Shown here: positions 40,106 to 49,367 of the stretch, one piece after another
How the letters are laid out: the number at the start of each line of letters is the position of its first letter
How positions within the stretch are numbered: position 1 is the stretch's first letter
IMG/VR virus record: IMGVR_UViG_3300045988_181536
Coordinates: 110,314 to 174,313 of that record
Origin: a virus
Direction: 5' to 3' (one strand)
Length of the DNA: 64,000 bases
Notes under the pieces: generated by a model
Seen by the model: only the letters and a program-made list of their open reading frames with translations
Told to the model about the DNA's origin: nothing
Databases searched by the model: none
Translations under genes and position numbers: made by a program

Positions 40106-41473
40106 ATGGAGCAGCAAACAATCAAAAAGAGAGGGCGTCCCGCTGGCTATAGAAAGCAAGCAGACGGTACTTGGGTTAGGGTTATAACGACTGAACCCAA
40201 ACAGTCACAATCATCTAAACCAAAGCCCGTGCAGCCGGAACATGCGTCTACACCTAAAAAACGAGGTCGCCCCGCAGGTTATAGAAAAATGCCTGATGGT
40301 ACTTGGGTAAAGCAAGCACCTGAAATAATGCATACAAAAACGAATGTGTCTGTTAATAAACGTGGTAAAAAGTCTAAACTGAAAAATTCGGATGCAGACT
40401 TATTGATAGAATCAGATTTAGCTATATCCCCTACAGCTGCAGATTTAAAATCTTCAAAAGATCATGCCTCAAATGTTTTTTCGTTTGTCAATATTGTTGT
40501 AGATATAAGTTTAAAAGATAAAGGAATATCTGACGAAGGTTTCATTCATAATGATTCCGTATTTAAGCTATTTGCTCAGAAATATAATTCTGAAACTCCT
40601 ATAGAATTTTATTTAGATGATCCTTATAATAGTTTAACTGAAGAAGAGTATTCCAATTTTTATGATTGGTTAGAAATTGAAGGGTATTTTAAGCGAAATA
40701 ATGTAAGCATTACTTCTTCCGCAAATGGATCTTCAGCTAAAAGGTTGTTTACTTTAGTTTTAAAAGGGGGCATACCTTTCTTTATTTTATGTCCTGTAGT
40801 TTGTCATCAAGACGGTTCTTATAATATTAAAATTGGAGGCATTGTACAGAATCAGATAGCTAATTCAAAAGCCACATCCCTATCAGGAATTTGGGGGATA
40901 TTTCCCTCAAAACATTTAAAAACTTTATCTTCTGAATCTAAAGCTTTGATTTCGGATCTAAGGTTTACGCCTGTGGGTTTTTACGCTTCAACTCCTTCAT
41001 TTAATAATGATCAATTTGAAGTGTTTTTTGATGGATTGGTAGTTGAACTTGGTTCAAAGGCACACTCGAAAACTTTAGTAAGTTTGGAAATAGATGACAT
41101 GGTTCCTGCAAATGTTGAATCAACAGCAGTGCCACATACTGTTTCGACATTGCTTGCAGAGTCTCATGAATTTGAGGATTCAGATGAGCAAGAAAAGGTT
41201 TCCAACGAAGAATATGCTGATGATTACGATTTAGACGATTATAAGTTAAAAATATCGCATAAAAAAGTTAACGATTTCGTTTTAGAGGAAGACGGTGTTT
41301 ATAGGCGTCGTTTTAAGGATAGAGCCAGTAACTATGTTCCTGCAAACCATAATGATATTTATTATGATGATACGAACATAGAAAGAGACAACTATCAAGA
41401 AATCGGAGAAGGTCATTATAGAAGTGTTAATCATCAACTAAGTGATGATATAGATTTTGATTATTGGGATTAA
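40106..41473 (+). CDS. hypothetical protein with two AT-hook-like RGRP repeats at the N-terminus
   Basis: KKRGRPAGYRKQADGTWVRV and KKRGRPAGYRKMPDGTWVKQ form a tandem pair. Acidic C-terminal half. Confidence 0.4.
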   Translation: MEQQTIKKRGRPAGYRKQADGTWVRVITTEPKQSQSSKPKPVQPEHASTPKKRGRPAGYRKMPDGTWVKQAPEIMHTKTNVSVNKRGKKSKLKNSDADLLIESDLAISPTAADLKSSKDHASNVFSFVNIVVDISLKDKGISDEGFIHNDSVFKLFAQKYNSETPIEFYLDDPYNSLTEEEYSNFYDWLEIEGYFKRNNVSITSSANGSSAKRLFTLVLKGGIPFFILCPVVCHQDGSYNIKIGGIVQNQIANSKATSLSGIWGIFPSKHLKTLSSESKALISDLRFTPVGFYASTPSFNNDQFEVFFDGLVVELGSKAHSKTLVSLEIDDMVPANVESTAVPHTVSTLLAESHEFEDSDEQEKVSNEEYADDYDLDDYKLKISHKKVNDFVLEEDGVYRRRFKDRASNYVPANHNDIYYDDTNIERDNYQEIGEGHYRSVNHQLSDDIDFDYWD

Positions 41474-41512
41474 TTTGCATAATTTTCAAACACAAAATTA
41501 AAAAGGAATAAA

Positions 41513-41755
41513 ATGCGCACTCTTAAAGTTTCACTAAGACGGAATAATTCTACTGTTGCAGTTTTTGATTATGAGGATGATAAAAAATTAGTGTCAGATG
41601 CTGAGGTTGTTGGCTTGCTCGCAAAGGAATTGCTTAGGCATGTGCGAGACGAATCGCCGACGGCCTTACTGTTTGATGTTGATGATGCAGAAGAAGCAAT
41701 CAATACGTATGCTAGTGGGGAGATGCCTTGTGCAATCGTTTTGAGTGATTATTAA
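41513..41755 (+). CDS. hypothetical small protein
   Basis: 80-aa ORF. Confidence 0.25.
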   Translation: MRTLKVSLRRNNSTVAVFDYEDDKKLVSDAEVVGLLAKELLRHVRDESPTALLFDVDDAEEAINTYASGEMPCAIVLSDY

Positions 41756-41798
41756 GACAAATCTTTAAGGAAATAATAGTTTAAAAAAACAATAAAAA

Positions 41799-42452
41799 AT
41801 GGAAACACAATTCGAAAAAGTTATTCAAGAAGTAAAAGCCTCAAACAAGGCATTTCCAAATGAAGCTTATAACAAATATAAGTTGCAGTTTTTAAATGCT
41901 TTAAGAAAGTATGGTGAAATTGTTTTACCTTCATTCCAAGATGATAATATGCAGCTTTGGAATATTGGAGATACCGAGGGTAATCAGGATATAATTATTA
42001 ATGAAGATGGGTGTTTTAATTCTTATAACAACAACCTTTTACTTACGTGGGTAGTCAAGCCTGCTAATTTAGAATCAGCAAATTATTTGCAGCTTTGTTA
42101 TTCTGATAAAGAAGAAGATAAATGGCCTTATACTGCATTTTTTATGCATTTGCATGGAGATGTGCGTGCAAATTATAGTCAGTGTATTTTATTGCCATAT
42201 AATAAAAAAATACTGTTTGATTTGTTATTCGATGATGACGATTTTCGTTATTATATAAAGAGTGACAAGTTTGATATCTACTATGAACCCTTGAATGAAC
42301 AATCTGTTTTAAGGGTTCAAGGGGAAGATGTGAATGATGAAATTTCCACTTATAAAACTAAGCAAGAATTGTTAGATGAAGATATTCCTGAAGAAGTCAT
42401 AACCGCAATCCAAGAAGATCCATTATTTGGAGAGGACATCAGAGATGAATAA
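41799..42452 (+). CDS. hypothetical acidic protein
   Basis: 217-aa ORF. Confidence 0.3.
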   Translation: METQFEKVIQEVKASNKAFPNEAYNKYKLQFLNALRKYGEIVLPSFQDDNMQLWNIGDTEGNQDIIINEDGCFNSYNNNLLLTWVVKPANLESANYLQLCYSDKEEDKWPYTAFFMHLHGDVRANYSQCILLPYNKKILFDLLFDDDDFRYYIKSDKFDIYYEPLNEQSVLRVQGEDVNDEISTYKTKQELLDEDIPEEVITAIQEDPLFGEDIRDE

Positions 42453-42786
42453 GCGAAACAATAAACCTGAATTGATTATTAGAGAACGAGAAGATCCTTT
42501 TAAAAAGGACCTTCTGGATAGCATTGGTGCTTTAAAGGAAGCAATTGGGCTTTTGACATCAGAGGTACAACAGTTGAGAGCTAGCATATTAATGAGTGGT
42601 TTAGATAGGATTTCAGATAAACAAAAAGATACTATTACGCAACCAACAACTCCTAGTAATCCTCTTTCGCCATATTATCCTCCAACCACTCCTTATCCTT
42701 CAACCACTCCTTATCCTCAGCTTGACCCCAACTATGTTTGGACTTCTACAGCAGCAAGCTCGGATAATACTTCTGGCAAGGCATGA
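42445..42786 (+). CDS. hypothetical protein with TPYP-type repeats
   Basis: PPTTPYPSTTPYPQ repeat; the ATG at 42445 is preferred over 42427. Confidence 0.25.
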   Translation: MNKRNNKPELIIREREDPFKKDLLDSIGALKEAIGLLTSEVQQLRASILMSGLDRISDKQKDTITQPTTPSNPLSPYYPPTTPYPSTTPYPQLDPNYVWTSTAASSDNTSGKA

Positions 42787-42794
42787 AGAAATTC

Positions 42795-44095
42795 ATATTC
42801 TATTTAGTCAACTACTAATCATACAAGCTGATTAGCTTGTAACTAGGTATTACTACCCGCTACAATAGGCTTGTTGACGGAAGCCCGAAAGTTATTTGCT
42901 ATATTGATAGCTGCATTTAAATCTGCATTGCATTCAAATCCACATTTCTTACACTTGAAATGGGATTGTGTAGTTCGATTGCCTTTAACGGTATACCCAC
43001 ATCTACTGCATTTTTGCGATGTATAACGAGCATCAACGTGTTGAACACTACAGCCCTTAGCTAATGCTTTGTATGTTAGGAATTGCTCTAGCTGGAAGAA
43101 ACTCCACGAATTTACTTTAGCCCTTTCGGACTTTCGCAATTTGCTACTACGATCTCTAATACCATCTAGTTTTTCAAGAACTATAGTAGTACCGGGAACG
43201 CACATAGAAACAATATTCTTACTAATACAATGATTCATATCCGTAACGAAACGGTTCTCCTTCATACTTAATGTACGGAGGTGTCTTTTAGCGGATTTAG
43301 AACCCTTGGATTGTAGTTTGGATCTTAAAATAGCATAGCGTTTCTTTACTTGTAGAACATGTTCTCCAGAGAAGATAGTACCATCAGATAGTGTAGCTAT
43401 ATTGACTATGCCTCGATCTATACCGAGTACATTATCATTGGAACATTGCACATCCTCAACCTCCTTCTCAAATATGATGTGTAGGAATAATTTGCCTTTC
43501 TTTAATGAGAGTGTAGCACCTTTCCTACGCCACGAGAAGTATTGTTTAAAGTGGTCTGTTAGATTTACTTTAAATCGTAATCTACCATTCAATGTTAGGA
43601 TAGAAACCTCGAAACGATCGAACCATATATTAAAGGAGTTCTTAGTTAATCTTAAAGCCATTTGTTTGGATTTAGGACATTTGAATTTCTTATGTTTCTT
43701 TCGTTCTAGTTTCGTAGTGGCTTTGATGGCTTCCGCTGCCTGATCCCGAACTTGTGTAGCGAGATCAGCTGGTAGTGAGAATTGTGTTCTACAATAATCA
43801 TAGGTTTGATCGTGAAGCTTTCGTTTATCAAAATTACGATCCTTGAAACCTATTTCACAAATATAGTTATACGCCTCAGTATAGGCTCGAAATGTAGGAA
43901 GTAAATCGGTAGGATTTACGTTCTCTAGCTTAAGCTTTACTGTGCGGAGTAATTTCATTTAATAGTTAATATATTCATATATTAATATAATAATGTCAAC
44001 AACAAATACTTCAAAACACTAAACAATAGAAAGGAGACTTCCGAAATTCCTTGCAATAGACAATCTATTGCGTATCCTTTCGGGACTAACAATGA
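42795..44095 (-). mobile_element. IS200/IS605-family TnpB-only (IS1341-like) element
   Basis: A tnpB ORF is flanked by subterminal hairpins: caagct-gatt-agcttg at about 42808-42833 on the tnpB 3' side and the nested ccgaaa..gcaataga-caa-tctattgc..tttcgg at about 44041-44087 on the 5' side. No terminal inverted repeats, as expected for this family. Ends are approximate. Confidence 0.55.
42843..43958 (-). CDS. tnpB: TnpB (RuvC-like RNA-guided nuclease of the IS605 family)
   Basis: 371 aa. C-terminal zinc finger within the RuvC-III region: CSRCGYTVKGNRTTQSHFKCKKCGFECNADLNAAINIA. Confidence 0.8.
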   Translation of the reverse strand: MKLLRTVKLKLENVNPTDLLPTFRAYTEAYNYICEIGFKDRNFDKRKLHDQTYDYCRTQFSLPADLATQVRDQAAEAIKATTKLERKKHKKFKCPKSKQMALRLTKNSFNIWFDRFEVSILTLNGRLRFKVNLTDHFKQYFSWRRKGATLSLKKGKLFLHIIFEKEVEDVQCSNDNVLGIDRGIVNIATLSDGTIFSGEHVLQVKKRYAILRSKLQSKGSKSAKRHLRTLSMKENRFVTDMNHCISKNIVSMCVPGTTIVLEKLDGIRDRSSKLRKSERAKVNSWSFFQLEQFLTYKALAKGCSVQHVDARYTSQKCSRCGYTVKGNRTTQSHFKCKKCGFECNADLNAAINIANNFRASVNKPIVAGSNT

Positions 44096-44253
44096 GGTTT
44101 TTGCTTTATTTAATGAGATGGCAAATGTCATCTCTCATTCTTATACCAGTTATTGCCGCTATTGCTGACCCTGTGTGGTCAGCAATTATTGGCAATTTAA
44201 TTGGAGGTTGTGTATTTTTCCTTGTGGATAAAAAGATATTTAACTTAAAATAA
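44092..44253 (+). CDS. small hydrophobic (two-helix) membrane protein
   Basis: MRFLLYLMRWQMSSLILIPVIAAIADPVWSAIIGNLIGGCVFFLV. The listed start at 44068 overlaps the IS end; the ATG at 44092 is preferred. Confidence 0.3.
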   Translation: MRFLLYLMRWQMSSLILIPVIAAIADPVWSAIIGNLIGGCVFFLVDKKIFNLK

Positions 44254-44268
44254 TAGGATGCAATAAAT

Positions 44269-44538
44269 ATGGAGTATGTATTTATCGTAACATGCACTGT
44301 TGCTGCTGTAGTTGCAATTTTTCTACTATCACTGTGCTTTGTAGCTGTATTGCAAAGATTTATTTTTGCTGACACTGCGAGCGACCATGGTTCTGATCAC
44401 AAGCATTATTGGTCATTTTTGCGCAGTGAGTGCAACGTGTATAAGGATATCAATAATATTGAACATAAAAAAATAATTGTAGTCTATAATTGCCTACATT
44501 GTGGAAAATTAAAAAAGGAAGAAATAATATTATACTAA
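44269..44538 (+). CDS. small membrane-anchored Cys-containing protein
   Basis: N-terminal transmembrane helix; C-terminal CNVY..CLHCGKL. Confidence 0.3.
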   Translation: MEYVFIVTCTVAAVVAIFLLSLCFVAVLQRFIFADTASDHGSDHKHYWSFLRSECNVYKDINNIEHKKIIVVYNCLHCGKLKKEEIILY

Positions 44539-44542
44539 TAAA

Positions 44543-45280
44543 ATGAAAATAATAGATCCAAGTGTTAGTTTATTAGGACAAACCTATGCATTGGATGACT
44601 TGAGTGACGAGTCTCCAATGAAGCTACTAGAGTTATGTATACGAAACTGTTATAAATCCGAAGACAAGATTACTGAAGATTCTTGGAAGTCTATAATAAA
44701 GCTTGTATTAGATAATGGACACACTTCAACTCTTGAGCATGTTTCGTTTACATTTAGAATAATAACATCAAGAGATGTATTGCAGGAATATGCAAGACAT
44801 AGAATCCAAAGTTTGTCTGTGGAAAGTACTAGGTACTGTAATTACGGGGATTCTAAGAAGGGACTAACCTTTGTAAAACCTCAATGGATTACCTGGGAAC
44901 AAATAGAAAAGGCAAACAATTTGTTACAATCCAGGGACGAATCTTCGGTATTGTATGAATTAAACAATCCAGATATTGATAAGGATATAAAGTGCGTTTG
45001 TAATTGGATTGAAGATATAAAACGTGCTGAGTTTTCATATAATATGAAGTTGGACTTAGGTTGGAAACCCCAACAAGCTCGTGTGTCTTTGCCGGGGTGT
45101 TTAAAGACCGAGATCATATCTACTATGAATATAAGGTCATTGCTAAACTTTCTTGATCTTAGAACTTCACCAAGAGCTCACCCTGATATTCAAGTAATAG
45201 CTAAAAGTATGGAGGATATACTTAAAGAAAAGTATCCAGTTATATTTACTAACCCAAGTCAACAAGAAAAGGAGAGTTAA
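44543..45280 (+). CDS. thyX: flavin-dependent thymidylate synthase ThyX
   Basis: ThyX signature RHRIQSLSVESTRY (RHR-x7-S-x-RY). Confidence 0.8.
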   Translation: MKIIDPSVSLLGQTYALDDLSDESPMKLLELCIRNCYKSEDKITEDSWKSIIKLVLDNGHTSTLEHVSFTFRIITSRDVLQEYARHRIQSLSVESTRYCNYGDSKKGLTFVKPQWITWEQIEKANNLLQSRDESSVLYELNNPDIDKDIKCVCNWIEDIKRAEFSYNMKLDLGWKPQQARVSLPGCLKTEIISTMNIRSLLNFLDLRTSPRAHPDIQVIAKSMEDILKEKYPVIFTNPSQQEKES

Positions 45281-45290
45281 TATTGATATA

Positions 45291-45848
45291 ATGAAAAAGT
45301 ATAACATTATTTACGCTGATCCTCCCTGGACATATCAAGATAAGAACTGTCAAGGTGCTTGTGCCCGGCATTATAAAACAATGACGGATTCCGAATTACA
45401 GTCACTTCCAATTAAAGATATAGCTGCGGATGACTGTATATTGTTTATGTGGGCTACGTATCCCAAACTAAAAGAAGCCCTAGATGTGATTGATGCTTGG
45501 GGATTTAAATATAAAACCATAGCTTTTCAGTGGATAAAACAGAATAAATCTGGAGACGGATTATTCTTTGGATTAGGAAGGTGGACCAGAGGCAACAGTG
45601 AACCTTGTTTATTAGCAATTAAGGGTAGACCTAAAAGAATCAGCCCAAAGGTATCACAGATTGTGTTTAGTCCATTACGCAATCATTCGCAAAAACCTGA
45701 TTGTGTAAGAGATAAAATTATAGAACTAGTAGGTGATTTGCCTAGAATAGAATTATTTGCTAGAAATAAAGCTGATGGTTGGGATAGTTGGGGAGACGAA
45801 ATAGATTCTGATATCAGCTTTGACTTAAACGATAACAATAAGGAGTAA
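45291..45848 (+). CDS. MT-A70 family DNA N6-adenine methyltransferase
   Basis: IIYADPPWTY (the DPPW catalytic motif) near the N-terminus; 185 aa. Confidence 0.7.
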   Translation: MKKYNIIYADPPWTYQDKNCQGACARHYKTMTDSELQSLPIKDIAADDCILFMWATYPKLKEALDVIDAWGFKYKTIAFQWIKQNKSGDGLFFGLGRWTRGNSEPCLLAIKGRPKRISPKVSQIVFSPLRNHSQKPDCVRDKIIELVGDLPRIELFARNKADGWDSWGDEIDSDISFDLNDNNKE

Positions 45849-45853
45849 AAAAT

Positions 45854-46078
45854 ATGCCTGATTCAGTTAAGAATAGTGTGTCCATAGGAAGATGCCCAAG
45901 GTGTCATTCTGAGAATGTAGTTTATGACAAAGAATTCGTAGATGATGATTTGTTAATATTTCCAGGTAGATGCCTGGATTGTGAATGTCAATTTAATGAG
46001 AGGTACTTCCTGGATTACCTCGATACGGAGTATATAGATACAGAAGACAACGAAGAATCTAACGCAATAAAAGAATAA
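45854..46078 (+). CDS. small zinc-ribbon protein with acidic tail
   Basis: CPRCHS...CLDCEC, then a D/E-rich C-terminus. Confidence 0.35.
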   Translation: MPDSVKNSVSIGRCPRCHSENVVYDKEFVDDDLLIFPGRCLDCECQFNERYFLDYLDTEYIDTEDNEESNAIKE

Positions 46079-46099
46079 ATTAAACCTAATAGACAACTA

Positions 46100-46145
46100 A
46101 CGTAATAAAAAGGAGCCAAATAACGTAATAAAAAGGAGCCAAATA
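46100..46145 (+). repeat. tandem 23-bp duplication that includes the RBS
   Basis: aacgtaataaaaaggagccaaat occurs twice in tandem immediately upstream of the ATG at 46153. Confidence 0.8.
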
Positions 46146-46152
46146 ACGTAAT

Positions 46153-46725
46153 ATGAAATCATTGAAGCTAGTGTTTTCTCGAGAAAGCCCAAAACATCTT
46201 TTAATACAGGTAAAATCAAGACATGGTAATTTTAAAAGTTCAGGAAGAATAATATTTGAGGACGATAGGGTATGCAGTATTCCGTTAATAGATTACGCAC
46301 CTATCATAGGCTGCAAAGATTCCTTAGTATGTATACCTACAGTCGATAGATACTATAGAAGAAAGTTAGAAAAAACTATAGTAGACTCAATAACCAAGGA
46401 ACAATTTAGTAAAAAGATTGATGTGGCTGATGTCATACCAACGAAAAAGGATATTGGAACCTTATGTGAATTTAGTGATGACAATAAAGATTGGACTAAC
46501 CCTTTGGAGCTTGTTGCTATATTACCACAGACAGATGTAGAAAGAAGATATATATGCTGTGGCAATTTTTTGAAGTCCGATAGTGGGCTTAAACCAGTAA
46601 TGGCTTGGGCTTATGCTAAAAAGTTTAACAATTCTTCTAAAGATGATACAATAGAAATTAAACCTGAAGTGGTTAACAGTAAAAATAGACTATTGACGAC
46701 GTACACTTGGAAGATGGAGGAATAA
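46153..46725 (+). CDS. hypothetical protein
   Basis: 190-aa ORF. Confidence 0.3.
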   Translation: MKSLKLVFSRESPKHLLIQVKSRHGNFKSSGRIIFEDDRVCSIPLIDYAPIIGCKDSLVCIPTVDRYYRRKLEKTIVDSITKEQFSKKIDVADVIPTKKDIGTLCEFSDDNKDWTNPLELVAILPQTDVERRYICCGNFLKSDSGLKPVMAWAYAKKFNNSSKDDTIEIKPEVVNSKNRLLTTYTWKMEE

Positions 46726-46772
46726 GCATATTTGTTTCGGAAACTAGATATTAACCAATAATCAATCTTACT

Positions 46773-47168
46773 TTGTTTATGAAAAGAGGAGTAAAAACAA
46801 TAATTAATAAATATGTTAAGGGTAAGGGTATCCCTATAGTAAAGTTTGAGGTCCATTTGAGGGATAATAGAACTGAGGATAGCCCAATAGTAAAGAAAGA
46901 CGGATATCTTATAGACGGAAGGTTAGATTCTTCTGAGGTAAAATCATTAAATGAAGAGCTTAAATCAAAAGGGTTTAAAGGGTTTAAAGCTCTTGGCGTA
47001 ATGCATAAAGACGAGGATTGGACTGCGCCAGATCTACTGTATGACAAACCAATAGGAGTTAATTATTTAGGTTTGTTGGTAATACCCACAGATGGATTAA
47101 CCTTTAAAAAGGATAAATATGGGTGTATTACCAATTTGGACATAGAAGATTATTATTATAATACTTAA
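46773..47168 (+). CDS. hypothetical protein
   Basis: 131-aa ORF. Confidence 0.3.
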   Translation: MFMKRGVKTIINKYVKGKGIPIVKFEVHLRDNRTEDSPIVKKDGYLIDGRLDSSEVKSLNEELKSKGFKGFKALGVMHKDEDWTAPDLLYDKPIGVNYLGLLVIPTDGLTFKKDKYGCITNLDIEDYYYNT

Positions 47169-47193
47169 TGAATAAATACGGAGGTAAAGAAAT

Positions 47194-47397
47194 ATGGATA
47201 ACTTTCTAGATAAATTCATCGAGGCTTTAAAGATTTTTAGAACGTATACAAAGACTCCTTATCCTTGTTGGTGTAATATCGAAGAGTTTCATGTTGGAGT
47301 AGATCCCGAAACGATACCTGATGGAGATAAAGAAAGGCTTGAGGAATTAGGCTTTATCTATGATTCTGAGACAGAATCCTTTTATATATTTATTTAA
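47194..47397 (+). CDS. small acidic hypothetical protein
   Basis: 67 aa. Confidence 0.25.
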   Translation: MDNFLDKFIEALKIFRTYTKTPYPCWCNIEEFHVGVDPETIPDGDKERLEELGFIYDSETESFYIFI

Positions 47398-47659
47398 TGA
47401 TAACTTAATAAATAAGGAAAAGATAGAGATGAAAAAACAAGACTACATTTTAGCCATATCACAATTTCAAGATGATATGGCTAATTTTAGCGGAGATGAA
47501 GAAGTACTCTTTGATTATATGAGCATTTTAGACCCTAATGATGACTCTTACATTTACGACGATATTGAAGTTTTAAAGACGATATGGGACGATTTGATGA
47601 GATTTTTAAAGCGAAACAAGAAAGAGCTTTTGGAAGGCGGCGTAAAGTTTAAATTTTAA
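47360..47659 (+). CDS. small acidic hypothetical protein
   Basis: 99 aa. Confidence 0.25.
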   Translation: MILRQNPFIYLFNDNLINKEKIEMKKQDYILAISQFQDDMANFSGDEEVLFDYMSILDPNDDSYIYDDIEVLKTIWDDLMRFLKRNKKELLEGGVKFKF

Positions 47660-47674
47660 TTAAGGAAAAGAAAC

Positions 47675-47911
47675 ATGAATACATATCAATTACGTTTTAA
47701 TTGTACAGCTACGGAATTATATTCCGGAGATGCCACAGTAAGGGCTAACAGCTTGGAAGAAGCTAAAGGAAAGCTAGAAGAAGTATTACTTGCAGGAGGT
47801 AGTGACTCCGAAGATGTCCAATGCGTGTATGATTGCTACGGAGAAACCTGTGAAGATACTTTTCAGGTTGATTATATTGACGAAGTGAAACCAGAGGAAG
47901 ATAACCAATAA
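47675..47911 (+). CDS. small acidic protein, paralog of the 49155 ORF
   Basis: Both share the pattern h.h.F......G...VRA.S.EEA...h.E followed by a D/E-rich tail: TVRANSLEEAKGKLEE here and VIRAKSKEEAERIAYE in the 49155 ORF. Confidence 0.35.
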   Translation: MNTYQLRFNCTATELYSGDATVRANSLEEAKGKLEEVLLAGGSDSEDVQCVYDCYGETCEDTFQVDYIDEVKPEEDNQ

Positions 47912-47947
47912 TTTAATATAAAACCCAAACAAAAGGAATAAAATATT

Positions 47948-49081
47948 ATGGAACAAAAATACTATAAAATTTTAACTTCAAAAAATACCTCGTTTGAAAG
48001 AGGGTTTGATTACACCCCCTATCTCCCAGAGAATGGAAAGCCAGGAAAGGAAACACCATTTATTATGAACCCGATTCCCTGTAGTAGAGGGTATCATGTT
48101 ACGCCTAATTGGTTAAAGTATTCAAGAGTACGAGATCTAGATAATATAAAAATATATGAGGTTGAGACTATCGGCGAGTCATTTGATTTGCCATTTAATT
48201 TTGGAAAAGAACCTGCTTTTATAATTTCATGTAGTTCAATTCGTTTTTTGAAAGATGTCACGTCTGAATGTAAAACCTTATTGAAACAATTCAAGGAAAA
48301 GAACCAAGGTTCATTTAACCTAGGCGAGAATAACACAGGAGACGCAAACGAAGGAGATTATAATACAGGATCCGCAAATACGGGTAACCATAACACTGGA
48401 AATTTTAACTCAGGTTCATACAATTCTGGGTGTCATAATACGGGAAATAATAATACGGGAACTGCAAATCTTGGGAATTACAATGCAGGCACTGGCAATA
48501 TAGGTGATAAAAATTGCGGAAGTTTTAATGTTGGTTCTTTTAATGTTGGGGACTTTAATATAGGAAATCGTCATGTTGGATATTTTAATATAGGTGTCTC
48601 TAATATTAAAATGTTTAATAAAGAAATAGATATTCTTCCAGAAGACATACAGTTTCCGCGTTGGATAACTGTAGATGATCCGTTTTCATTTATGTTTAGT
48701 AAGAGGGAATTAAGATCGCGATTTGAAAACGCAGATAGTGACGACATCTACCGTACAATTAATCTTCCTAACTTTAACTACGCTATCTTTGAGAAAATAA
48801 CTGGTATCTCAAAGGAAGATATTGATAAGAAATTAAGTTGGGTTACTCTTAAGGAAAGTGCATTAAGTGAACATAAAAAAATTAAGGTAAATCTTAATGA
48901 AGACTTTACAGAGCTAAAGCCTTGTCCATTTTGTGGTAGCAAGAATATAGAATTAAGTGCTGAAGAATATTATGATAAAGACGTATTTTACATTGTTTCT
49001 TGTAATAACTGTGGGGCTAAGATCGAAGGCTCCGGCAGAAATAAAGAAGCTGCAGAAGCTTGGAATACAAGGTGTGAATAA
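47948..49081 (+). CDS. protein with NTG pentapeptide-like repeats and a C-terminal Lar-like zinc ribbon
   Basis: About 20 tandem 5-residue repeats (NTGDA NEGDY NTGSA NTGNH NTGNF NSGSY ...). C-terminus LKPCPFCGS..VSCNNCGAKIEG..EAAEAWNTR resembles Lar restriction-alleviation proteins (CPFCG...C..C......AWN.R). Confidence 0.5.
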   Translation: MEQKYYKILTSKNTSFERGFDYTPYLPENGKPGKETPFIMNPIPCSRGYHVTPNWLKYSRVRDLDNIKIYEVETIGESFDLPFNFGKEPAFIISCSSIRFLKDVTSECKTLLKQFKEKNQGSFNLGENNTGDANEGDYNTGSANTGNHNTGNFNSGSYNSGCHNTGNNNTGTANLGNYNAGTGNIGDKNCGSFNVGSFNVGDFNIGNRHVGYFNIGVSNIKMFNKEIDILPEDIQFPRWITVDDPFSFMFSKRELRSRFENADSDDIYRTINLPNFNYAIFEKITGISKEDIDKKLSWVTLKESALSEHKKIKVNLNEDFTELKPCPFCGSKNIELSAEEYYDKDVFYIVSCNNCGAKIEGSGRNKEAAEAWNTRCE

Positions 49082-49154
49082 ATGTTAATTTAGGTCTACA
49101 CAAAACAACAGATTAATGCTCAAATTTTAAAACATAAGAAAGGAAAAATAAAAA

Positions 49155-49367
49155 ATGGAAAAGGATTATTTGGTTGAATTTCACTATTCTCAGGAAGTTA
49201 TTTGTACAGGACAGGTTGTTATACGTGCTAAGTCTAAAGAAGAAGCTGAACGTATTGCTTATGAGAAAGATTATGACTGCGAATTTGATGACATAATTGA
49301 TGATCCAGAAGTTGTAGCAAGTGATTTTGTTATTGAGAGCATCAGTCCTTTAAGCGATGACAAATAA
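49155..49367 (+). CDS. small acidic protein, paralog of the 47675 ORF
   Basis: See 47675. Confidence 0.35.
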   Translation: MEKDYLVEFHYSQEVICTGQVVIRAKSKEEAERIAYEKDYDCEFDDIIDDPEVVASDFVIESISPLSDDK

